NCBI GenBank assembly: GCA_018400955.1
Contig: JAGYLH010000004.1
Location: forward strand, 3,350 to 67,349
Direction: 5' to 3'
Length of the DNA: 64,000 nucleotides
DNA from: Bacteroidales bacterium
Lineage (GTDB): Bacteria; Bacteroidota; Bacteroidia; Bacteroidales; F082
In this document: positions 29,601 through 37,117 of the stretch, in pieces
How the letters are laid out: every line of letters begins with the position of its first letter
Position numbering within the stretch: position 1 is the stretch's first letter
Program-made: the position numbers and the translations under genes
The notes under the pieces: model-generated
What the model was told of the DNA's origin: nothing
Database searches by the model: none
The model's input: the letters and a program-made list of their open reading frames with translations, nothing else

Positions 29601-29932
29601 TGCCACGGGCTACCGAAACCGACCCCAATGCCAACAACCGCATCTCTTCCCGTTTTGTTGAAGATGGTTCCTATGCACGTTTGAAAAACCTGACCCTTGC
29701 CTACAATATGCCTGAAAATTTGATCAGGCGTTTAGGTGTCAAGTCGGCACGCATTTATTTCACCGGAGCCAATTTGATTACCTTAACGAATTATTCAGGC
29801 ATGGACCCCGAAGTGAACCACGTGGCGACAGCAATTTGCTCTTCAGGGGCACCGATCTCTTCACTTACCCGGGCAAAGCCCGCACCTATTCCATTGGTAT
29901 TACCTCTAACTTTAAAAAACCAGAAATCATGA
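26627..29932 (+). CDS. SusC/RagA-family TonB-linked outer membrane protein with N-terminal STN signalling domain; frame disrupted in the last ~35 codons
   Basis: STN-like VNLKLEDASVYEAVNEIAQQAELLFIF, CarbopepD_reg ISGKVTAAEDGLSLPGVNVYIRGT, plug and barrel. After ...NYSGMDPEVN (about 29818) the conserved C-terminus GDSNLLFRGTDLFTYPGKARTYSIGITSNF is encoded in another frame. Confidence 0.85.
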   Translation: MNKKLRQHFSPGRQALKLIALSMKIFLLLTFVGVVQASASVFSQHKLVNLKLEDASVYEAVNEIAQQAELLFIFHEAEGNINQKITISMQSAGLDEAMKAVLKNSNLDYNIIENYIVVKPAAKNENLPEVQARPTETIAISGKVTAAEDGLSLPGVNVYIRGTTVGTTTGIEGEYQIDVPKETTHLVFSFVGMITQEVAINGRTTINVVMQSAALDLGELVVVGYGMESSKLVSGSLGVVSDADIRDVPIRTIDGVLQGRSAGVQISQNSGTPGAATSVRVRGNSSITAGNEPLYVIDGIPMTTGNYGQIGFSGQGINALSDINPNDIESITVLKDASAAAIYGARATNGVILITTRRGSQQKTNINFNSSWGMQEVTKKLEMLNANQWHEYRGTQPDQDNPVDVNWLDQIFRVAPMSSHELSASGGDNKTKFFISGNYYNQEGTILGTDFQRLNGRINLDHQLNDYITIGGSMGTSYSLNNRVEGDRSLHGVLPNAISMAPIYPVYNEDGSYNQDGFFANPIAIGNEAINEAHSYRTLGNAYADVRFLQKFTFSTRWGMDYLSLREHSYDPTTTRQGATTNGLGIEAQTNVLNVVSNNLLRYNNTFNGQHNVEALAGYSFEMFKRRNQYAEGIDFPGPYFQYILDAGTIRSAEARATDRGINSYFGQVKYNFDYKYIISLSGRFDGSSKFGTNNRYGFFPAASVAWRLSEESFFKALNLPVNEMRLRSSYGLTGNDGIPDFAYMDLYRGRANYMNQAGIAPSGIPNPDLKWETTTQFNIGADIELLKERFSIAVDYYHNITRDLLFDRPVSMTSGFSFVTSNIGELENKGVELSLNTINIQTYKFQWESRLNLSRNKNKILSLYKDQNLLDLDRYSPSAVMVGEPMSVFFGFQSIGVDPSTGDLVFLDADGNGVINSDDRVVIGDPNPVFTGGFTNNLSYGAFDLNFFIQFSYGNDIFNATRIFIEAMRGPDNQSVEILRRWQNPGDITDMPRATETDPNANNRISSRFVEDGSYARLKNLTLAYNMPENLIRRLGVKSARIYFTGANLITLTNYSGMDPEVNHVATAICSSGAPISSLTRAKPAPIPLVLPLTLKNQKS

Positions 29933-31267
29933 AAAATTAACCTACATATCAGCTTTCATCCTGTTTTTTGCGGCATCGTGCGATGTACTCGATGTGCAAC
30001 CCTACCATTCCATACCTGCCGAATTGGCTACGGACGCCAATCAGCTTGAAGGTGCTATTATAGGTTGCTATGATGCTTTTCAAAGTGGAGGATATGGGCT
30101 AAATTATTTGATTTTGGTGACCTGCCATCAGATAACCTTTACTCCATAGTATTACGGTAACCTGGTCCGATTTTGACAACAATACCATTTTTAGCGGATA
30201 ATGGTTTGGTTGAATCCACCGGGCATCTGTTTACAAATGCGCTTGGTCAAACAACGTAATTGACCAAATACCCTTATTACAGATAACAACCTTTTACTGA
30301 AATTAAAAACACAGGCTTTGGCTGAGCTGCGCTTTTTGCGTGCGCTGGCCCATTACGACCTGATGCGCTTATTTGGCCCTATCCCCAGGACGCGACAAGG
30401 CTGTGTAACCTCTGACGAAGAAAGCTCTCAACTTGCCCGCAACAGTATAACATGTTTACTGCTGGTTAACAGCGACCTGGATTATGCCATAGAGCACCTC
30501 TTCCGTCCACCTTTAATGAAAGCCGTAAGGGGAAGTCAGGCCGCTGCTCAGGCGCTTAAAGCCAGGGCGGCATCAATACTATATAACACAAAGCAACGCA
30601 TTGCTTGAACAGGCGATTGATTATGCTGCGCCGTAATCTCGAACATCCTTCACTTGAGCTTGAAGCTGAGTAATGCAAACTTATTTTCGGGAGAGCCCAA
30701 TACGGAGTCTGTTTTTGAATTGGTTTACAGTGAGCAGGACAGAAACCTTATTGCCCGATATATTTTGCACACACCTCAATCAATGGCCGGTAGTGAATTT
30801 GCGCCCACATCCGTTATTTCGGGCGCCTTGACCCCGATGATGTGCGCGATACCATTATCAAATTTGCCGGCAGTGTGCCTTATGTAAATAAATTCAATGA
30901 TGTTGCTGCCGGAACCGGAACGGTCATGTGTTCAGGCTGGCTGAAATGTATCTGATCAGCCGAGGCCGCAAGCTTGCTCGAACGGCCCACAAGCGGCATA
31001 TTGGACGACATCAATTCAATTCGCGAACGTGCCGGACTGCCAGCAGCAAGTATAAGCAGCTATACGGGCCTTTTGCTTGAAGTGGAAGCCCAAAGGCGTA
31101 AGGAATTTGCCTTTGAAGGTCATCGGTGGTTCGATCTGGTCCGCACAGGCCGTGCCCTTGAGGTGCTGGATAAAGTAACACACATCAACCAAACTTTGTT
31201 CCCCATTCCGCAAGCCGAAATCATCGCCAACAACAACCCTGATATGTACCAAAATGATGGTTATTAA
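29929..31267 (+). pseudogene. SusD/RagB-family lipoprotein gene, broken by many frameshifts/stops
   Basis: Restoring one A in the run 29932-29936 gives MKKLTYISAFILFFAASCDVLDVQP...GDLPSDN (lipoprotein signal plus SusD N-terminus). Later fragments lie in different frames: AELRFLRALAHYDLMRLFGPIP, SVFELVYSEQDRNLIARY, INSIRERAGLPA...RRKEFAFEGHRWFDLVRTGRA...NNPDMYQNDGY. Confidence 0.8.
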
Positions 31268-31286
31268 ACTTTTAAAACAATAAAGC

Positions 31287-32174
31287 ATGAAAGCATTAAA
31301 GTCACATACCCTGTTTTTATCGGTCATCATCATGGCTCTTATGATGCACGCCTGCAAAGAGGACGATTTTGAAGTACCCCAGGCTAGCACACAAGCCGAT
31401 TTTGATTTTACTGTTAACGAAATTATAATTGACGAAGAAATCGATTCAGTTAACTGGCAACTGGATTTCACTAATAAATCCATTTTAGCACAATCATACA
31501 ATTGGGATTTTGGCAATGGGGAAACATCAGCCGAAGAAAATCCTTCTGTTTTGCTCACCCAGGCCGGCAAATACAATATATCCTTAACTGTTGACCCATT
31601 GAATGATGTGTATTACAACAAACTCTCAAAAACCGTTTCGCTGGCCTTGGGCAAGCAAGTGCTCCTTTTTGAAGATTTTAACGAAGGCATTGACTTTTTG
31701 GAAGAAGACAGCTGGGCACCCGAAGGCTGGCAAGCCATTGACAAGGATGGCGATGGCATAAACTGGTATGTAGGCGAGCGCCAGGGTGTGCTTTCAATGC
31801 GCAGCCAATCTTGGGATGGTTCACCCCTCGAGCCTGATAACTGGTTAATAACTCCTGAGTTAAACCTAACCAACTTTAACCCGGGTACAACCATAACCTT
31901 TAGGTACACTGTAGGAATAACTGCAAGTACACCACAATACAGGCAAGAGCATTATGGCATTTTCGTATCGATTGGCAGCGACAATACCGATAATTTTGAG
32001 TTGCTGTTCGAAGAAACCTTTGATACGGAAACACCAAGCTGGACTGCCATCGAAAGGGAGGTGGATCTTTCGGCTTATGCCGGAGAAATCATATTTGTGG
32101 CCATCAGGCATTACAATATTACGGATATGGACCGCATCTTTATCGCAGAAGTAGAGTTGTTTGCCATTGAGTAA
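31287..32174 (+). CDS. Surface lipoprotein with PKD domain and cleaved-adhesin / choice-of-anchor-J-like domain
   Basis: Lipobox MALMMHAC. PKD motif YNWDFGNGETSAEENPSVLLTQAGKYNISLTV. Then EDSWAPEGWQAIDKDGDGINWYVGE...MRSQSWDGSPLEPDNWLITPELNL...YRQEHYGIFVS...FVAIRHYNITDMDRIFI. Confidence 0.7.
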   Translation: MKALKSHTLFLSVIIMALMMHACKEDDFEVPQASTQADFDFTVNEIIIDEEIDSVNWQLDFTNKSILAQSYNWDFGNGETSAEENPSVLLTQAGKYNISLTVDPLNDVYYNKLSKTVSLALGKQVLLFEDFNEGIDFLEEDSWAPEGWQAIDKDGDGINWYVGERQGVLSMRSQSWDGSPLEPDNWLITPELNLTNFNPGTTITFRYTVGITASTPQYRQEHYGIFVSIGSDNTDNFELLFEETFDTETPSWTAIEREVDLSAYAGEIIFVAIRHYNITDMDRIFIAEVELFAIE

Positions 32175-32233
32175 CCTATATGCAAAACCAATTTATACAA
32201 CAAATCATTTATGTTTAATTAAAACCCAATACT

Positions 32234-33094
32234 ATGAAAAAGTTATCTTTACTTACAGTCATTTTGGCATTGATTGCCTTTAGCAACAGCAGCTTCGCCC
32301 AGGCCCAGGTGGAGTTTATCCTGGAATGGGATGTGGCCTCAACAGCCAATACTGCCCAATACAGGGCTGAATATTACAGCGTTTGGGTTTCGACCGATGG
32401 CACAAACCCTGACAATTTTGTGATGGTTTGGGACGAAACCCTCAGCACAACCGAACTCAATTGGGAATATCAGGCCCGCGAGGTGGACATTACCAATTAT
32501 GGTGGTGAAATTATCCATGTGGCCTTCAGGCACCACGATATCAGCGACATGGACCGTATGGTAATCGACAACGTAAAAATTACTATGCGTGATGTAAGCC
32601 GCAATGGCATGGAAGAAGTGCTGCTTTCGGAAGACTTCCAGGAAGGCGTTGGTGAGGAAGTTGATGAGGAATGGCTACCCGAAGGCTGGACCAAAGTTGA
32701 TGCTGATGGGGATGATTTCAACTGGTATTTCCAGGTTCGTGAAGGTGAAGGCGCCATGCGCAGCCAATCTTGGGACAGCGAAGCAGGTGCCCTTACTCCT
32801 GACAACTGGTTGTTTACGCCTGCTGTACACCTTGTATTTGTTGGTCTATACCAAGTGGATGCTGTTTCGTACAGCTTATTCCCCAACCCGGCTCAAAATT
32901 TTGTAACTATTCAGGCCGGTAGCACAATCAACCAATTGATTGTAACAGATATGCTAGGCAGGGTGATGCTCAACGAAACCATCAACTTGAACAATACCAG
33001 CATTTCAACAGTTGATTTTGAAGCAGGCTTGTATATGGTCCGCATGCATACCGAACAAGGCATTGTAGATACCAAACTTCAGGTAGTGCGCTAA
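32234..33094 (+). CDS. Cleaved-adhesin-like protein (domain halves in permuted order) with T9SS C-terminal sorting domain
   Basis: Signal peptide. It starts with the C-terminal half-motifs (YRAEYYSVWVS...HVAFRHHDISDMDRMVIDNV), followed by the N-terminal half (EEWLPEGWTKVDADGDDFNWYFQ...MRSQSWDSEAGALTPDNWLFTPAV). T9SS CTD LFPNPAQNFVTIQA...GLYMVRMHTEQGIVDTKLQVVR. Confidence 0.7.
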   Translation: MKKLSLLTVILALIAFSNSSFAQAQVEFILEWDVASTANTAQYRAEYYSVWVSTDGTNPDNFVMVWDETLSTTELNWEYQAREVDITNYGGEIIHVAFRHHDISDMDRMVIDNVKITMRDVSRNGMEEVLLSEDFQEGVGEEVDEEWLPEGWTKVDADGDDFNWYFQVREGEGAMRSQSWDSEAGALTPDNWLFTPAVHLVFVGLYQVDAVSYSLFPNPAQNFVTIQAGSTINQLIVTDMLGRVMLNETINLNNTSISTVDFEAGLYMVRMHTEQGIVDTKLQVVR

Positions 33095-33124
33095 GATGCT
33101 GTCAAATGATTTGGCAACACACAT

Positions 33125-33161
33125 AAAACCCTGCGAGCCAAAGTGCTCGCAGGGTTTTTTT
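33125..33161. terminator. Bidirectional rho-independent terminator between convergent genes
   Basis: aaaa-ccctgcgagc / caaagt / gctcgcaggg-ttttttt: a perfect 10-bp GC-rich stem with an A-tract on one side and a T-tract on the other. Confidence 0.8.
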
Positions 33162-33216
33162 GCTTTTTGACGAAGGTAAAAGGCTCAAACCTACAGCATG
33201 TGTATCATCTTACCTT

Positions 33217-34078
33217 TTAGGGATTTATCGAAAAACGTTCGCCCGGCAGATACACCGAGAGTTCCATTCCAAAGCTTCCAAGCAATCCATTCTGTTCGCG
33301 CTTGACAGCCTTTTTGTTGTGCAAAACCACCACCTGCGAAACACCTGTGACAGTGGCTGAATCGCCATGCACAACTATTGCAGTGGATTCATCAATACCA
33401 ATAAGAAGTTCAGCAGGATGCTCAATGGCAGCAGCAATCAAACGGTTCATACGCATGCGCCAGATGAAATGCTGGTCGATAATGGCCGTTTGTACTAAGC
33501 CCAACCCTTCGGCTATTTCAATGTTTTCTGCCTCAATGGTGCGGTATTGTCCTGTATATTCCGGATATTTATGTTCATTACCTGTGATCATTTTCTTGCT
33601 TTGAACAGCAGCCCCGGCACTGGTGCCGGCTATTACAGCCCCCTCCTCATAAGCTGATCTGATGGCATCATGCACCGGGGTGTTTAGCACTACATCCATA
33701 AATTTTTTTTGGTCGCCACCAGTTATATATATCAATGCCGCCTCCCGGATGGAATTTAGTGTTGCCTGGTTGACTAACTTGCCATCTTCAATATTAAACA
33801 AAACAAGCTTGTAGGTATCCAGCTCATCAAATTGCTTTTTCAGGTAATAAAAGGAGGTGTCGGGCTCGCTGCTGGCCATGGGCAATACCACAGCATATTG
33901 GTTCTCTTCGCTCAGGTTTGCCAGTTTGGCAATTTCTTCAATCATGGCTGCCGGCCTTTTCCCCCGCCAATGATGTAAAGTTTTCCCTTTGCTGTATTTG
34001 TGATGTTTACCTTTTCGGCCTGTTCATGTCCGCATGACAGAAGCCTATGGTCATTGCCAGAAAAATCAATTTTTTCAT
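33217..34078 (-). pseudogene. S51-family peptidase (cyanophycinase-like), N-terminal region interrupted by two frameshifts
   Basis: Intact ORF 33217..33945 has ITGGDQKKF, AGTSAGAAV (nucleophile elbow) and IIDQHFIWRMRMNRL. Upstream, MKKLIFLAMTIGFC (ATG 34078) and KGKLYIIGGGK are in two other frames. One shift is a missing T in the run 33957-33960. Confidence 0.75.
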
Positions 34079-34085
34079 TGTTTTA

Positions 34086-36041
34086 TCAGTTTTGAGTCCC
34101 CAGCCATTTTCCATTTTCATCCCGGATAGTGATAATATACATGCCTTTTGCAAAGCTCGAAATTGAAATCGGACTATTAGCTCTAGTTTGAAACACATCG
34201 AGCTTTCGTCCGGCCATTTCCCATATCTCTATATTGATTGTTAACTGCCCAAGACCTTCTATATGAAAATAATCTAGGCTGGGATTCGGGTAGATGCACC
34301 AGGGTTTATCATTTTGTATATCTGCCAACTGACTGATATAATTAATTTGCTTGGTCATGGTCTCGTCCATCAGGCTGAGGTTGAAACGCCCAAAACCCGC
34401 CACATTGCGCGGCAAGCCCGAACCAACGGCTGACTGTGTTCCCAAACCACCATCCGTACCCCTGTTTTCCATAAAAATCATCGGAAAATCACCAAAGGAT
34501 GTGATTTCAATACTGTTTCCGCTGAGGCTGTAACGGGCAAAATTATTGTCGTACAACCAAATTCCGTAACGCAGGCTGTCGGCCACCATGGTGTAAGGCA
34601 GGCCCGAAGCTGCATTTTCATTATCGATACTGCTCGAAAAGGCATTGGGCATTATCACTGTATTGGCCAGCAGTGCCATGCCGTTGGCAATTTCCAACAA
34701 ACCGTCATAACTTGCCCATTCCTGCTCATAGTTGGCAATGAATGATTTGCCGGCGAAGCGACTATTACCCCCCACAAAGGCAACATCTTTTTGTCCGGCA
34801 TGCAGCAGATTTAAAAGTAATTGCCCGTTTGTTGTCTCATTCAGGAAGTCCATCAAGCCGGTATAAGTGTTGGCCACAAAAAGTATGGCAGCTGCGTTTT
34901 CAATTTTAGATTCCCACTCCAGGCTTTCTCCGTTGCTTGAGTTGGCGAGCATAACAACCGCATCAGCACCCTGCTCGCCCAGATAGCCGGCAAATTGATT
35001 GGCTGTGTTCTGATTACTGCTGATCACCAAAATGGTATCACCATCCAATTGCTCTGAGGCGATTTGCTGCAACATCTCATGGTTTTTATTGAGCGCATCT
35101 GCACCGCTGAGCCACAAGGTTTTTGAAAAAACTTCCCCTTCCATTTGGGGAATAATTTCCTGTGGCAAGCCACTATATTCAAATGAATTGAAGTTAAAAC
35201 CACATTCATGAAGCAGTTGCATCACTTCAATATCAGTAGCCAGCAGTTTTGAACCACCAATGGCATAGTCATTCTCAGGGCCTGCCCTATAAATATTTAC
35301 AGCCCCTGTTCCAAAAACGGAAGCGTCCAAATTGCTATCAATACACAATGCTGTTTTGTCATCAATGCCAACACCAATAATATCGGCACCTTCGCTAAGA
35401 TTCCAGTTTCCCAGAAAACCCAGTAAGCGCCCAAAACGGGCCCTTTCCACAAAATGACTGTCGAAAATCAGGCCAGGCATCAAATTCAGGAAGTCATCTT
35501 CCAGGGTCATATATTGGTTAAAGGGGTCTTGCAATGCCTCTTCTGGGTAAACTGTTCCATTTTGGGAGGTAAATAACACTTCCGAAAGTATATGCAATCC
35601 GGCTGAGGTGCCACCAATCACGCCCCCGTTCATAAATACCTCTTCAACAGCTTGCTGCGTGAGCGTATTGCGGTAGCGGTTGTAGTAGTTCCATTGATTA
35701 CCGCCCCTGAAAAAAATCACATCATAGGTAATCAAACTGTCGTAAGTAGCTTGAAGATCAGCAGTTGCAGTAGTTGTAATGGGGAAATTCCTGGCATAGG
35801 TAGCACCCAGATAAGTAAAATATTCGGGCAGCCAGTCCGAAGGGCTTGCATCGGTGCCAATGATGGCCACACGTTTGTTTTCTGATTGCTCAATTGCCCA
35901 GCTGTAGGGGGCATCGCTCCAATTGTTGTAGTTTTCGCTACCTCCGCCAACAACAAGCAATTTACCGGGCAGGCTTTGTGCAGTAATACATGAAAGGGAC
36001 AACATCAAAAATGCCCCTGATAATAGTGCAGATATTCTCAT
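34086..36041 (-). CDS. Tandem S51 (cyanophycinase-like) domain protein with T9SS C-terminal sorting domain
   Basis: Signal peptide. Domain 1 has LLVVGGGSEN, FFRGGNQWNY, IGGTSAGLHIL and IFDSHFVERARFGRL. Domain 2 is similar but degenerate (FVGGNSRFAG). CTD CIYPNPSLDYFHIEGL...GMYIITIRDENGKWLGTQN. Confidence 0.75.
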   Translation of the reverse strand: MRISALLSGAFLMLSLSCITAQSLPGKLLVVGGGSENYNNWSDAPYSWAIEQSENKRVAIIGTDASPSDWLPEYFTYLGATYARNFPITTTATADLQATYDSLITYDVIFFRGGNQWNYYNRYRNTLTQQAVEEVFMNGGVIGGTSAGLHILSEVLFTSQNGTVYPEEALQDPFNQYMTLEDDFLNLMPGLIFDSHFVERARFGRLLGFLGNWNLSEGADIIGVGIDDKTALCIDSNLDASVFGTGAVNIYRAGPENDYAIGGSKLLATDIEVMQLLHECGFNFNSFEYSGLPQEIIPQMEGEVFSKTLWLSGADALNKNHEMLQQIASEQLDGDTILVISSNQNTANQFAGYLGEQGADAVVMLANSSNGESLEWESKIENAAAILFVANTYTGLMDFLNETTNGQLLLNLLHAGQKDVAFVGGNSRFAGKSFIANYEQEWASYDGLLEIANGMALLANTVIMPNAFSSSIDNENAASGLPYTMVADSLRYGIWLYDNNFARYSLSGNSIEITSFGDFPMIFMENRGTDGGLGTQSAVGSGLPRNVAGFGRFNLSLMDETMTKQINYISQLADIQNDKPWCIYPNPSLDYFHIEGLGQLTINIEIWEMAGRKLDVFQTRANSPISISSFAKGMYIITIRDENGKWLGTQN

Positions 36042-36140
36042 AACAGAAATCGGTATTTTACACGCGAAAATACTGAATTTCAGCTAAACAGCTGCTATAA
36101 AAAACGACTTTTATTCCTTGTTGGACAAAAACAAACGGGC

Positions 36141-36338
36141 TCAGGTACCGTATGGCGACTCAGGAATTACAATCCAGCAAATGATATACGCCAGCACACC
36201 GGCGCCAAAAAAGGCAAAAATCACCCAGGCAATCCGCATCAGGCTCACATCCAGGTTGAAATAGTTGGCCATCCCTTGGCAAACACCACCAATCACCTTG
36301 TTGTAATTGGAACGGTATAAACGTTTTACATGATTCAT
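36141..36338 (-). CDS. PspC-domain mini-protein
   Basis: 65 aa. LYRSNYNKVIGGVCQGMANYFNLDVSLMRIAWVIFAFFGAGVLAYIICWIVIPE is a canonical PspC domain with one TM helix. Confidence 0.75.
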   Translation of the reverse strand: MNHVKRLYRSNYNKVIGGVCQGMANYFNLDVSLMRIAWVIFAFFGAGVLAYIICWIVIPESPYGT

Positions 36339-36387
36339 ATTTAGCTAATTTATTAATTGACAAAAATACAAATTGCTAATCGAAGCT

Positions 36388-36903
36388 TCACTTGCTAACC
36401 ATCAAAATTCCGGCCAATACCTGACGCATACTTTTTTCGTCCAGGGCTTCGAGCACCTCACGCAACCTACGGGCTTTTTCCTCTTTGCTCCCACCCGATT
36501 GCAGGATTTCATGGATACGCTTTACATCACTTCCCTTTAGCTCATCAAAAATCAAGGACGTAATTTCACCACAAAGGGTCGCCTGCTGTTCTTGTTTTTT
36601 TTCAACAGGAAGCCCAAAAAGTTGCAATTCGGCTATGGCTGCTTCCAGGGTTTCGCGCCCAATACGCTTGCGCCCTGCTTCGTATGATTCGTTGCCAGAA
36701 GCATCGCGCAATGCCCATGAATTAAACTCAAAATCAAGCTTTTGTATTTGAGAGATCTTGGGATCTGCTTCACCGAACAAGCGACTCAGAATCAAAATTG
36801 TGTGGTTTTTCCAGGCCTTCAGGTCAAAATCTTTTGCCAGCAGTTTATCCACTTGCCCCTGCAACAATTCGATGGCTTTATCTACTTTTTGGTTATCCTC
36901 CAT
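36388..36903 (-). CDS. Hypothetical helical protein
   Basis: ORF 36388..36948. Met16 (36903, MEDNQKVDK...) is the more plausible start. No motif recognised. Confidence 0.45.
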   Translation of the reverse strand: MEDNQKVDKAIELLQGQVDKLLAKDFDLKAWKNHTILILSRLFGEADPKISQIQKLDFEFNSWALRDASGNESYEAGRKRIGRETLEAAIAELQLFGLPVEKKQEQQATLCGEITSLIFDELKGSDVKRIHEILQSGGSKEEKARRLREVLEALDEKSMRQVLAGILMVSK

Positions 36904-37117
36904 GATCAGGCTTTGTTTAATTAATAAACGAACGGCAATTTTTGCCATTCCTAAAAATACGTTGGTAAAGGTACAAAAAAGCCATGCGAATTAGAAAAAC
37001 AAAAAATAAGCGGTTGAAAAACAATGATAAGCGAAATAGCCCACCTAATCAGACTATTCGGGTTTCAGCTTTCCTATTCAAAAAGCCTTACCTTAGCATC
37101 CCAAAAAAAGCACGAAA

